Shown: in pieces, positions 49,214 to 61,805 of the stretch | Numbering within the stretch: position 1 is the stretch's first letter | How the letters are laid out: each line of letters opens with the position of its first letter | Source of the DNA: Felis catus | Taxonomy: Eukaryota | Assembly: GCF_018350175.1 (NCBI RefSeq) | Contig: NC_058383.1 | Span: 20,338,001 to 20,402,000 of the forward strand | Reading direction: 5' to 3' | DNA: 64,000 bases | Made by a program: the position numbers and the translations under genes | The notes under the pieces: model-generated | Seen by the model: only the letters and a program-made list of their open reading frames with translations | Databases searched by the model: none | Told to the model about the DNA's origin: nothing

Positions 49214-49744
49214 AAAAAGCATCTGAACCATCAAGAGGTCTGAGTAACAGAGACTTTCCAGAATCAAGTGGAAATGTAGATTCTGGATTGAAGAAACAGA
49301 TACCAAGAGAAATGCCTAAAATCTGGAGTCCGTCCAAGTTGGGATGTGGTGTGGCAAGAAATAAGAGACATCAGCAGTCACCAGAAGTCCCCATATTTTA
49401 GGGTTAGGTCTCTAGGGTGAGATTTTATGTCTACCACGAATCTGGCCCAGCCCCTGTCGTCAGGGGGTTCATCAGCCCCCGGGTTGGACACACGGATGTG
49501 CTGACAAGCACAGTGAGTTGTGGAAGGAAGGTGTCGTGATCAGGAAGCATGGGACTGGGGCAAGCGGAGGTCAGGTGTGTTTCCTTGGGGACGAGAGCAG
49601 GAATTACTAAGGCAAAGGTGGCCGTGTGTGTGTGTGCACCCGTGTGGCATCTGCAAGCGTTCTAGGAAGAGATGACGATAGGAACAAGGAATCCACGTTG
49701 AGGTCCAAGTGAGAAACAAAGAAGTCAGTGCAGGCAGGGTTAAG

Positions 49745-49927
49745 AGCGGTGGTTTTCAAATCTGGCAACAGACTGGAATCACGGAGAGTGCTTTCAAAAT
49801 ACCGATGCCCAGCTGTCACCCCCGGAGACACTGATTTCATTGGTGTGGGGTAAGATTTCAGAATCTGAATATCCATAAAGCCCATCAGGGGACTCTAATG
49901 TGCCATCTCCGTTGAGAGCTTCTAGTT
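49745..49927. mobile_element. MER5A-like hAT-Charlie MITE
   Basis: gcggtggttttcaaa...gaatcac...aaaataccgatgccc...ctgattt...gactctaatgtgc...gttgagagcttct; about 180 bp with TIR-like ends. Confidence 0.75.
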
Positions 49928-50599
49928 GAGAATAGCTGGTAGACATTTGTGGATTGATTTTTTTTTTTTTTTTTGGCCACTCATCATACACCCTCACTTA
50001 TTTATAGACTCTCCTTAATGCTATTTTAAGGAATTTCCTCTCCCCCCCCCGCCCCCCGCCGTGAGCAATCCTGACTAGGTGGCCATGTGTGGTTGTGCAG
50101 GTTGTGCACTGCATAAGGGTACCCGGCCAAGTCTGACCTGGGGACTGAAAGCAAGCCCTGGCTCTGTTCACCAGTCATGTACGATGGTGGTGATGGGGGG
50201 GCACCTATGTCAAAGGAGGGCATTTTCCCCAAACTTGCACCAAGTTACCATAGGGGCTGGTAGCTACTCTGGTTGTCACTCGAGATGTCCTGCTCTCCCT
50301 CAACCAAGAATGAGGCCCATGACCACATAAACACCAGCAAGGATTGATCTCTCCTTGGAGTTTGCGTCAAGGATGGCGAAGTTGTGGGAGCTGACTCACC
50401 CCAGTGACCTGCAGCGAACCCGTCAGCTCCTGCTGTAAGAACCTGCCAGAACTCCTTGGTCCCTGCCCTTCTCAGACCTGTTCTCCTACCTTTCCATTGG
50501 CCCCCTGCTTTGGAGAAAACTGGTGCAATCTGGGGGGGAATCACGGTACAGGAGGAGAGGTGCTAGTTTACGTAGGTTTGGTGGCCAGGGCAAGGCCCT

Positions 50600-51500
50600 T
50601 GGCGGAGGTGATATGAGGAGCCATACAGAGTTCTTAAGCAAGGGTGTCCCGGGCAGGGGGACCAGCAGGAGAAGAGGCCCAGAGGTCGGCACGGCTGTGG
50701 CAACGTTTCAGGCCCACTAAGATTAGTGAGACGGAAGCCGGGTGAACAAGGACCGTGTCAGGAGACCATGGACAGCGTCTGGTGTAGCTTAGTGGGTCAG
50801 CTCTTGGGCTCTGGCCTCAACCTGTCCCTTTCGAATTCCCTACCTTTCCTCTCTGTGCCATGGACCGAGCTACTTGAGCGCTCTGCCCCTCGGCGTCTCC
50901 CTCTGTTAAATGGGGGGCTAATCACAGAATCTATCCCACAAGGTTGTTATGATACATCAGGCACCTAGAAAAGTGCCTGGTCGATTACGTGCTCCATGGA
51001 AATTACTTACTGTCGCAAGTCGTGGTGAAGTTTTGATTTTATTCTCAATGCCACGGGAAGTCCTTGAAGGGTTTTCAGCAGGGGAGAGACAGGGACTAAT
51101 TTTAGGTTAAAACAATCGCTCTGGCTATTACGCAGACTGAATCCAGCAGGTGGACACGCACAGATTCAGGCAAGTGACAGTGGGAGCTGAGAGTCAGACC
51201 ATAGTGGTCCCTTTATTCTTCCTCTCCTGCTTTGGTCAGTCAGAGCCACCTCCTGCTGCTCCCAGACAAAGGTCCCTAAGGTGGTGGGAGATGGGGCAGG
51301 AGAGACGGGGTGAGATCACACAAGGTCACAGGGTCACAGGGCCAGATCACACAAGAGACAGATGGTCAGATCACACAAGGCCTTAAACGTGATTCTTAGG
51401 AGGCTGACTTGTAGCAAGAAAGCAATGGGGAGCCATTTGAGGGCAGAAGCATGAAACAATATTTGCCTTTTCCAAAGATCTCGCTGGTGCTATGTGGACG
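50600..51500 (-). mobile_element. L2 fragments with an inserted MIR (about 50780-51010)
   Basis: gggaagtccttgaagggttttcagcaggggagagac...aacaatcgctctggct; ggggagccatttgagggcag...aaagatctcgctggtgctatgtgg. Confidence 0.6.
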
Positions 51501-51914
51501 GTGGGCAGAAGAGAAGGGCCTCAGCATCAGAGACCCAGAAATGAGTATCACTGGACATGAGGCTGGAGGGAGGATGTCCCGATGGCAGCACTAAGGTCTG
51601 GGGAATAATGACCGAGACTGTTTCTCACTCCTCTCCGTGGTGGGTTGGGACCGAGCAATGGGCCCAGTCTGCTAGAACCTGAGAAATACGAACACGGACT
51701 GACTGGTTTTAAGCCAGTGCTAGGGGAATTCTATCAAGCAAAAACAGCAAATCAAAGCTGCCGGAAATAATCTCAGATTCTAGCCTCCAGGCTGGAGGTT
51801 GTGACAAGTCAGCATGAGGGACAAAAATGGCACAGACATGCTTTGTTGAATTTCTCAACTACTTAGAAATATGAATTAGTTGCTATGGAGATTTCATATT
51901 AAAATTTGACTTTT

Positions 51915-51942
51915 GGGGTTTTTTTTAAGTTTATTTATTTAT

Positions 51943-51974
<32 letters not shown>

Positions 51975-52140
51975 CACAAGCAGGTAAGGGGCAGAGAGAA
52001 GGAGAGGCAGAATCCCAAGCAAGGTCTACACCATCAGTGCAGAGCCCAATGCGGGGCTCAAACTCACAAACTGTGGGATCATGACCTGAGCCGAGATCAA
52101 GAGCTGGATGGCTTAAGTGACAGAGCCACCCGGGCGCCCC
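51915..52140 (-). mobile_element. SINEC
   Basis: tttatttattttgagagag...agccacccgggcgcccc; TSD aa(a/g)atttga(c/a)tttt. Confidence 0.94.
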
Positions 52141-52904
52141 AAGATTTGAATTTTCTGCACACACACACACACACACACACTCACAAAATCTGGCTGGCCC
52201 AGCCAGGGCCCCCTTCCCCACTGGCAATAATGCATCGGAGAAAGAAAATGGTGGTGTCTCATCTCCAGTTTGCCAGAGTCCCCATCTGGCCCATCTGCGA
52301 ATGCATCTTACCGCCCAGCCGTTATAAGGGCCTTTGGGTTGCTGACTCCTGCAAAGATGCGTTCTGCCCAGTTCTGGGCTAAAAAGAGCAGTCAAAGCTG
52401 CCGTGAATCGGGGCTCACCTGTACATAAAGGACCCGTTCACCCATCCAGTATGCCCGGCTCCAGGGACACGCCGGGCTTTGCAGCCAACAGCGTCCTGGC
52501 CATGCTCGCCAGTCCCTGCTTCCCCTGGCACCTCCACTCCCTCCCTTTACTCTATGCACCTCTTGTGCCCAGCTTCCAGCCCCTCAGAATAATTGGGTCT
52601 GAGCAAGCCTTCGCTCCATAAATATTAATTTGGACATGCTTGGACTACTCTGCTTCTTTTAGATGAATTGTTAACTAGCTTTCTAATCTGGAGCTTCTTG
52701 ACGAGCAAAAAGCAAGATCTCTCTGCTGGCTTCTTCCTTTATTAGGGGGTAGGGGAAGGTGGAATTCGCTAGAAGCGGCAAGGGTTTATTTGGGAGAGGT
52801 GAGCCAGGCACGGGCAGGCCCCCTAAAGCTATGGGTACCCAGACTCTTCCGAATAATCTCGAGGGGACTACCTACCCTTTCCGGGGAACCTGTACCCTTT
52901 AGGC

Positions 52905-53095
52905 GACGGGCTTTAGCAACCAGCAGATTATAATTCGATCCTCAGCTCTGTCACTAAGTAACAGTACGAATTAGGCAAGTTACTTAGCCTCTCTGGGCCT
53001 CAATGTTCTCATCTGTAAAATGGCGTTCATAATATGTACCTGCTGTGGCTGTGATGGAGATTTAACCAGTGGTGTATACGGTAAGTCGTGCATAG
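52905..53095 (+). mobile_element. MIR
   Basis: ggcaagttacttagcctctctgggcctcaatgttctcatctgtaaaatgg. Confidence 0.8.
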
Positions 53096-53659
53096 ATGGT
53101 TTTTAGGAAGAAAAATAACGGAAGGCAGAGGATTTTAGAGCAACGTGAGGGAAGTCAATGCATTCAGACACTTCTGGCCACCTGTACAAACTCCAGGGCT
53201 GCCCCTGAAGGCTGTCTCCTGGATCCTAGTTAGAGTGTAGGAGAGGCCCTGAAACACTATTAGCAGATGTAAGTCATGATCGTGTCTCAAGGTAGCAAAT
53301 CCATTCACCTACCCATGCATTCAACGAACAACTACCGAGTACCTACTATGTGCCCTGCGTGGTGACAGCTCTGAGAAGGCAGCGGGAAGTGAGTGCGGTG
53401 GATGAGGTCTGCCAATGGAAGGCACTTGGTGCTGGAAGCCAGGGGATCTGGTGGTTGACAGTACAGACTTGGGACCGTGGAGACAACTGGGGCCACCACC
53501 ATGCGGCAGTGTGATCCTGAGGTCACAAATGGTATCAGCCCACCTACATCCACTCTTCACCCACAGCATCTATAGTGTGGGAACAAGCTGTCTCGCCAAA
53601 GCTGGCCGGGGATCAGTCCCCTTCTGGAGGAATGGGGAAGCAAGGTTCAGACCACCCTT

Positions 53660-54145
53660 GGATGAGTGGAGTGGGTAGATGAATGGATGGATGGATGGAT
53701 GGATGGATGGATGAGTGAATGGATAGATGGATGGATGGATGGATAAATGGGTGGGTGGGTAGATGGGTGGATGGGTGGGTGGATGGATGGATAGGTGGGT
53801 GGATGGATGGATGGGAGGATGGATGGATAAATGGGTGGGTGGGTAGATGGGTGGATGGGTGGGTGGATGGGTGGATGAATGGGTAGATGGGTGGATGGGT
53901 GTGTAGACGGGTGGATGGATGGATGGATGGATGGATGGATGGATGGATGAGTGAATGGATAGATGGATGGATATATGGGCGGGTGGGTGGGGGATAGATA
54001 ACTGGATAGATGGGTGGGCAAGCAGATGGATATATTAGGGGGTAGATGAAAGATGGATGGATGGATGGATGAATGGATGGATGGGTGGATGGGTGGGTAG
54101 ATGGGTGGATGTGTGCATGGATGGATGAGTGTATGGATGGATATA
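53660..54145. repeat. (GGAT/GGGT)n tetranucleotide simple repeat
   Basis: Direct reading; explains the HPSI-repeat ORFs. Confidence 0.97.
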
Positions 54146-54429
54146 TGAACGAGCCAATAAATTTTTCTATATCTCCATGTTGCAACACCCCACAGCTGTG
54201 TCCCCTAATGTCCACAATCACAGCCTAGCTCCCAGACTCTTCTCCCAAAGGTAGAGGTTCTACAATCCAGCCATTTCTTAGCACGTCCATCAGACGGGCT
54301 CAGTGCCATCTGTCTCCACGTCATTGGCTGACTCCACTCCGGGCTCCCCAGAGCTCACCAGACCTTAGAGTCCCAGCAACTCTCTGGCAAACCCACCTTC
54401 CTGTACTTAAATTCTGAACACAGGTGTCC

Positions 54430-54805
54430 CGGTCAGGGTAACACACTCCAATTACTGCAACAATAGCTGTATCTCGATGGCACGTGTCTTACTCATTGAG
54501 CTAGCAGTCTCGTATGCCATAATTTAGGAAGACAGTTTCCTTCCACCTTGAGGCTCTATGTTCCACATAGAGTTTTGCAATCCTAAACTGGATCCTCGGG
54601 ATCTGAATAAAGAAAGTAAACCAAGGATCTCCTGAGATATTAGGGGCCAGGCTGGATATGGCATACATCTCATTCACCAATATTCCACCAGCCAGAACCA
54701 GCTCATGACCTCAGCTGAACAGCGAGGGAGAGTCAGAAATATGGTGTCCCTATGGTTTTAGGTCAAGGACATGGGATTGGTGAGCACCTACTCATTCTCT
54801 GTCAC
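54430..54805. mobile_element. MaLR LTR (MLT1-like)
   Basis: caccaatattccaccagccagaaccagctcatgacctcagctgaacagcgagggagagtcagaaatatgg. Confidence 0.5.
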
Positions 54806-55319
54806 AACAAGCTTCCTCTGTATTCCATCTCCTGCCCTGGTGCAGAGGATAGAACCTTTTCTCTGCTTCTTGTTCCAGTGACCAGTTTTTCCCTAGGCCC
54901 TTTGTACGATGGAGGCCACGCCACGTTCTTACACATGCCCCTCACTAGGGTGTGCACCTCTGTCCTCTGAATGCCAGACTAGTGGCTGAGGTTCTGCTTC
55001 CCAAAGACCATGGGTCTGGCTTCCTTATTGCTGTTCCTGCCCATCCGCCAACAGGTCTGGATGTTGCCTTCACCCTAGACCTCAGTGTGCCTCCCCATTT
55101 ACCTGTGAATGACAAGCGATGGCCGAGACCCTAGGGTAACATGACTTGTGTACCTGGATATTAATCACTCCCCATTTGTCAGACTAACCACCCACTTTGT
55201 CAAGCCAGAAGCCAAAGAGTAATACTTGACTCATGTCTTTCCTTCTCAGCCCAGATGAAATCTATCAACAGATTGTTAGGCTTTTTGGACCAACCCCTAA
55301 CACACACGTCTTCCCTAAA

Positions 55320-55850
55320 TCATTTCTGTTAACTTCATCACTTAGGTATAATGTAGTTACAAAGTTGCATACCAATCTTTAGTATTCAGCCCCATCCATT
55401 TTTACATACGAATGCCAAATTGCTTTACAAATTTCCATTCAAAATTGCATGCAAGCATTAAGGTCCGTTTATTTTTAGGGTGAAGGCACCTCTGTCACCA
55501 TCCATAAGACAGACATTTCCGGCAACCTAGGAAGCTCTGGGGTGTCCCGTTCGGTGAATATCCTTCTAAAAAGTCACCACCACTCTGACCTCTATCATCT
55601 GGTCTTGAACGGCACATTAATAAACTGTTAGAGTACATACTTTTGCACTTGACTTGTACTGCTTGACCTGATCGATATGAGTTTCATGTATGTCATCGGG
55701 AGATTCAGTTGTTTGTGTTCTTACCCATTTTCCTGCTGATGGACATTTGGTTTTCCCATTTGGAGCTTCCATGAAGAAAGCTGTTATAAATTCTTTTACT
55801 TATTTATATGTATATTTATTGGTGACCTTTTACTACTTTTTTTGCTTTTC

Positions 55851-55901
<51 letters not shown>

Positions 55902-56400
55902 CTTTCTCTCTCCCTCTGTCTCTCCCTCCCTCCCTTTCTTCCTTTCTTTTGAACACTCATTATTTAATTTTTTTTAATGTTTATTCATTTTTGAGAGACA
56001 GACAGAGCACGAGAAGGGGACAGTCAGGAGAGAGACACACACACAAAATCGGAAGCAGGCTCCAGGCTCTGAGCTGAAAGCAGAGAGCTCGATGCGGGGC
56101 TCGAACCACAAACTGAAGGATCATGACCTGAGCCAAAGTCAGATGCTTAACTGACTGAGCCACCCAGGTGGGCTCATTTCTCATCTCTCTTGGACACATT
56201 CCAAGGAGTTACTTTTCCTGGGTCTTAGCAGTGATGTATCTTGAGCTTTAGAAGATGCCGCTGAACAATTTTCAAACTGTTTATACCAATTCATATGCCC
56301 CCCAGCAGCGCCCAAGAGTCCCAAATGTTTGCACCTCTTTGCTGTCACTCGGTATCATTAGTCTTTTATTTTTATTTTTAGCCATTCTGGTGGGCAAAGA
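55320..56400 (-). mobile_element. Old L1M-type 3' fragment inserted in L2, containing (TTTC)n and a SINE
   Basis: tcctgctgatggacatttgg...ttttcaaactgtttataccaattcatatgccccccagcag...ttagccattctggtggg. Confidence 0.7.
55965..56170 (-). mobile_element. SINEC (feline-type)
   Basis: ggaagcaggctccaggctctgagctg...ctgactgagccacccaggtg. Confidence 0.93.
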
Positions 56401-56915
56401 GCCAGCCATATCTTATCATCGGCAGGAGCCTAGTCCAAGGCGCCATTATCTGGTGCTGGACAGCTACAGTGCGTTCCTACCTGGTCCCCTAGCTTCCTGC
56501 TATGAGCAAACCCCCTGCCATCTATCTCCTACCCAGCGCCCAGATCCTATCACTTCCCCAAAACCCTTCAACGGCTTCTGGTTGCGCCCAGAAATAAATC
56601 GTATGCTCTTCGGGTGACCTTCAAGCTTCTACACATCCCTTCTCATCGGCCAGATTTCAGCTCAAACAATGCCTCCTCAGTGGGTCTTTCTTGACTCACC
56701 GATCTAAACAACGTCCCCAGCGAGGCACGAACTATTGAATCAATTGCTGTAATTCCTACACATCTCTTACAACTAACTCGCATCGTCTCATTCCTTGGCT
56801 CACCTCTGAACTATCTTTCCCCACTTAACCCTAAGCTCTGTGGGAGCAGAACCTGGCGCACCAGGCTCAGGGCTGGGTCCACCGTAAAGCCTCCGTAAGT
56901 GTTTATTGAGTGAGC
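56400..56915 (+). mobile_element. L2 3' portion
   Basis: aaacccttcaacggcttc...ttcagctcaaacaatgcctcctcag...taagtgtttattgagtga. Confidence 0.65.
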
Positions 56916-58123
56916 CTGGTCTTGTGAGCCCCCCGTGCGTGTTCTCGCAGCTTCTTCTGTTGTCACCAAACCACCGCAATTCCCAAGTAAATCACAAACC
57001 GTGCTAAATGATAGTTAAGGCGTCAAGGACCAGATGCTCGCATTTCCAGCCGGGTTGAGGAGCTGGAACGCAACTCTGCACGATTCTGACCCAGAACAGA
57101 CCAAATCCACAACTTGGCAGCCTGGTTACCATTGCTCGAGGCTTTATTTTTTTCGCCTGTGCCTCCTTGAAACATGCACTAACTCTTCGGTCTCCATATC
57201 TCCCCTTCTCTGAACACGCCCTCCCCCACCGCCCCCTCTGCAGCTTCTATAAAATCTGCCTCCCAGGGAACTCTTGGCGAGTAAAGATTTACTCTCCCCT
57301 TCCAGAGTCACCTGCGAGGGCAAGAAAGGTATCGTTATTATTTTCTCCATTTTTCACTTGGACAACCCGGGGCACGATCTAATGGAATCTCTCTCTCCCC
57401 TCCTTCCCGGGATAACCCGGGGGCCTTGCCACCTCGCCACAGAAAGGAGATGGGCTGCGGAGAATCCATCTCCCTTTCTGAGACCGCATCTGAGAGAGCA
57501 GTAACGGAGAAGGGCTGCTTTTAGAGATTTTTTTTTTAAAAATGAGGTCTTTTCTAAGCAATTTCTGGTCGTGTCGAGGACTGACATACCATAAAACAGG
57601 CAGGGCCATCACAGAGCGTGGGGATTAAAACCACTCTGGGAAAACAAAGATCCCCCAGGCAGGTGGGGGTGAGTCTAGGGCTGCTGACAGCCTCTGTGCT
57701 CGGTGGTGCCCCTCAGTCTCTCTACCTGTCTTCTTCTCTGACCGTCTTTCTCTAGGTTTCTCCTTCTCTGCCTGTCTCTCTCTCTCTCTCCTCCCAATCC
57801 TCCCCACTGCCATCATGGGCCATACAGACCTCAACCCCCAAAGGACAGAAATAATGTCTCCATCCCCCCCTCCCTAAAGTGGGCAGGCACCCCTGACATG
57901 AGAATCCTCAGAGATCTCTCTCCAGGTGTTTCTCTCATTTACATGCACACACAAACCCAAACACAAATGCGCACACCCACACACATGCCCCATACACCCC
58001 CTCTGCCCGCATGGAGCGATTCTCCCTGTCACCCATTCCCTCCCTTTCTGTCCTTCTATTTTTCTTCATTACTTAAAATACACCCAGACCTATAAAATGA
58101 CCGTATTTGGAATCCTCTTTCTC

Positions 58124-58337
58124 TCTTTTTTTTTTTTTAACGTTTATTTATTTTTGAGACAGAGACAGAGCATGAGTGGGGGAGGGGCAGAGAGAGAGGG
58201 AGACACAGAATCGGAAACAGGCTCCAGGCTCTGAGCCATCAGCCCAGAGCCCGACGTGGGGCTCGAACTCACGGACCGCGAGATCGTGACCCAGGCTGAA
58301 GTCGGACGCTTAACCGACTGAGCCACCCAGGCGCCCC
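58124..58337 (-). mobile_element. Young SINEC_Fc-type
   Basis: Near-consensus; perfect 16-bp TSD tggaatcctctttctc at 58108-58123 and 58338-58353. Confidence 0.97.
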
Positions 58338-58386
58338 TGGAATCCTCTTTCTCAAAGACTGTTTCTCTTTGGCTCTAGATATGGAG

Positions 58387-58390
<4 letters not shown>

Positions 58391-58432
<42 letters not shown>
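58391..58432. repeat. (TA)n microsatellite
   Basis: Direct reading. Confidence 0.95.
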
Positions 58433-58436
<4 letters not shown>

Positions 58437-59022
58437 CTTTATAATTTCTATATAATTTTCTTCCTGCTCACACATTCTTTTTCACACACCTGTGAAAAGG
58501 CAGCCCGTGCATTCCTGCCACACTTTGTTCCCGAGCAGAGCTTCAAGACACTCTTTCTCCAGTGTAGCTGTTCCTTTGGGGGGCAATCCCCGGTGGTGAC
58601 TGCCATCGGCCTCTCGGCAAGATGTCGCCATGACTGAGAGGAGTAACAGGTGGCCCTGGCTCCTCCCCTCAGCGGGAAAGGGTGCACAACCAGTATGGCA
58701 TCCAGTGGAGCAAGGACCCTCCCAACTGGGGTTAGCAAAGCACGATTCCAGTTCTGCTCCCAGCCTCCCCATGAGCACAGGCCAGATGTTCTCCTCTAAG
58801 AACGAGAGCGCTTTCCTCTGCAACTTGAGGGTGGCACAACATTTGTTCTTCATATACACCAATGGCCTTTTGCTTATCATTTTTCATCTGCTCTCTATTG
58901 ACTGAGAAAATCCTAATCAATGAGCTTCTTACAGAAAATGAGTATCTCTCTGCATTCAAGCAACAGAAATCAGGGTCAAAGGGCACAAATTGTGCATTCC
59001 TTCAGAGTGAATCAGCACTGAG

Positions 59023-59195
59023 TCATCCATCTATCTATTCATCCATCTATCCACCCATTTATCCATCCATCCAACCATCCATCCATCCATCCATCCATCC
59101 AACCATCCATCCATCCATCCATCCATCCATCCATCCATCCAACCATCCATCCAACCACCCACCCACCCGTCCACCCAACCATTCATCCATCTACC
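59023..59195. repeat. (CCAT)n simple repeat
   Basis: Direct reading. Confidence 0.95.
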
Positions 59196-59199
59196 TCTT

Positions 59200-59580
59200 T
59201 CCATCTCCATTTCTATCATCCTAGTCAAAGCTTAGTCATCTCCCTCCCACATTACTACAATGTCCTTCCAGCTGGTCCCCTGCCTCCATTTTCCCCATAC
59301 TTCTTGCTATCTATTCCCCATCTAGCAGCCCAAGTGATCTCTCAAAAATATAAACCGATTCATGTCATTCTCTGTATGAAACCCTTCAGACATCTTAGTA
59401 TTTTTAGTATATAATCCAAACCCATTATTTACCAAAGTTTTGAGACATCTGTCCCCTCTCTCCCTATTTGACTGTCCTTACACCATAATCCCTCTGTCCC
59501 ATTGTACTTGAGCTATTGAGTGTTCTTTAAGTTCCCTTCACACACCAAGACTTCTCCCACCTAAAATGTTTCCATTGCCA
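59200..59580 (+). mobile_element. L2 fragment
   Basis: attactacaatgtccttccagctggtcccctgcctcc...agcagcccaagtgatctctcaaaaatataaaccgattcatgtcattc. Confidence 0.7.
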
Positions 59581-59984
59581 CTTAGATTACTGTTTTCCAT
59601 GAGCAACATTGTCTTGTTGGACATCTACATATGCCAGTGCCTAACTGACTAAGCCAAAGTTGACCACAGCCCATGGGATGTCCCAGTGGGCCATGCCGCA
59701 TCTGGGTAACATTCCTAATTCTGATTATCCACAAATTTTCCCTCTTTTCTCCTCCCACTGGACCAAGTTAATAAACTTCACCTGACATAATTTATTTAGA
59801 TTATGACATCATTGGGTTCAAATTCAAACCCCAGTAAATACTTTTGGGCTCAGAGGTCAGTAGATCAGATCTATCTACTGGATATGGCATTAGGTAGAAC
59901 TTCCTAATGTAAATAATGATGTGGTTCTGTAACTAGTCTCTAAGGATAGCAAAATCTTATATACAACGGGCAACTGGATTTTCT

Positions 59985-60019
59985 TCCTTTTTAATTATTT
60001 TAAATGTTAATTCATTTTT

Positions 60020-60054
<35 letters not shown>

Positions 60055-60225
60055 GAGTATGAGTGGGGGTGAGGCAGAGAGAGACACACACACAGAATCC
60101 GAAGCAGGTTCCAGGCTCCAAGCTGTCAGCACAGAGCCCAACGTGAGGCTCAAACTCATGAACCGCAAGATCGTGACTTCAGCCAAAGTCCAACGCTTAA
60201 CCGATTGAGCCACCCAGGGGCCCCC
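59985..60225 (-). mobile_element. SINEC (feline-type)
   Basis: (GA)n, gaatccgaagcagg, gagccacccagggg; TSD gattttcttc. Confidence 0.94.
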
Positions 60226-61039
60226 TAGATTTTCTTCTAAGAGTAGTAGATTCGGCGTGGCCAAAGTCAGAAGCTTGGACTCCATAGCCTCAGAATACAC
60301 CTCCTCCACTTGCCGGTTTCAGAATTCATTGCAAATCCACCACTGCATGTTGAGTTTCTCATATCATTGCTTCAGAAGTAACAAGTGTTCTCAACTCCTG
60401 CTAATCTTATTAAACCGTTCCTGCAAAGTAACTGGGTGATTTTCAGTCCCTGCACGTGGGGATTTAGCACGGCATACAAGCAACCGAACGGATGTTAACC
60501 TCTGAGTCACGAACAGCCTTATGCCCCGTCTCCCCTGCTCCTGCCTCAGCCAAGGGCTTCCCTGAGATACCTCTCGGGGCTGGGGCCACCCTGCGCCTCT
60601 CTGACTTTTGGGAATGAGGAAGCAGGAAGGTCTGAAGTGGCTGAAGGCAGGTGGAAGAGAAAATTTCTCTTCTTGATCTCTCCATCCGGTAGAAAAAGAA
60701 AGAAGACTGCGAAATAGAACACCTGGCTGTACCTGCAGCCTTGCCCCCCTGCCCCGCCGCCCTGGATGATATTTATTAGTCGAGTCGCTTTCTGCGTCTG
60801 GGCCCCGTTTCCTCAGCTGTGACAAGAGAAGTCGGGCAGGCTCTTCTGAGCCTGCTGTACTCAAGTGGGGACCAAGTTCTCTAGGTTACGGCCTGATGAC
60901 TGCCTCACTCAGGGGGGACGATAAGTCTGATGGACTGGCCAAGAGTCCACCCCTCCACATATACAAAAAGAATTGTATTGTGCTCAAAGAACAGAGTCGG
61001 TCTCTCTGAAAAGTTATCTGAAAGATATTCCTTTCTAAA

Positions 61040-61283
61040 ACTTTATTATTTTTTTATTAAGTATATATATATATATTTTACTGTTTTTTACTTTTGAGAG
61101 AGAGAGAGAGAGACAGAACACGAGTGGGGGAGAGGCAGAGAGAGGGAGACACAGAATCCAAAGCAGGCTCCAGGCTCTGAGCCATCAGCACAGAGCCCAG
61201 TGCAGGGCTCAAACTCACAAACCGCAAGATGATGGTCTGGGCCAAAGTCGGACGCCCAACCGACCGACCCACCCAGGTGCCCC
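61040..61283 (-). mobile_element. SINEC (feline-type)
   Basis: gagacacagaatccaaagcaggctccaggctctgagcc...cacccaggtgcccc; TSD tctaaaa. Confidence 0.94.
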
Positions 61284-61435
61284 TCTAAAAGGTTTTTAAA
61301 ACCAGTTTCCTTCCTGCCTCCTCATTGTCTTCTTTTCCTTTCCTCTTATGTGATTACTACGAGCCAGCCTCATTTGCTTCCTGGAGTCTACCTGCCTTAG
61401 ACACCTCCGCGTTACTAAGAGCTTGAAGGGTGTCG

Positions 61436-61468
61436 TACCCAGTAGAGTTCTCCAGACAGAGAGAATGG

Positions 61469-61503
<35 letters not shown>

Positions 61504-61805
61504 CCTGTGTCCCTGTATGTACATGTTGAGAGATTTATTTTAAGGATTGGCTCGTGCCATTGTAAGATCCGGCACACCTGAGGTGTGCAACTCGGGCAGG
61601 AGTTGAAGTTTCAGCCTCGAGGCACAATCTTCTCTTCTCTGGGAAACCTGGATTTTTACCCCGAAGGCCATCAACGGATTGAACAAAGCCCACCCGTGTC
61701 GTCAAGGGTCGTCTCCTTTGCTTCAAGTCAACTGATGGCAGGTGTTAGGCCCATTTGCACAACACCTTCAGAGCAGCGCCGACACGCGCGTTTGATGAAA
61801 CAGCC
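61436..61805 (-). mobile_element. ERVL LTR (MLT2D-like)
   Basis: gagttctccagacagagagaa-(TG)n-gagatttattttaaggattggctc...aagtcaactgat. Confidence 0.75.

Noticed and set aside
52637..52656. p53-like GGACATGCTT-GGACTACTCT
   Set aside because: Second half-site lacks the invariant G of CWWG
53613..54221. HPSI-repeat 202-aa ORF
   Set aside because: Translation of the (CCAT)n strand of the simple repeat
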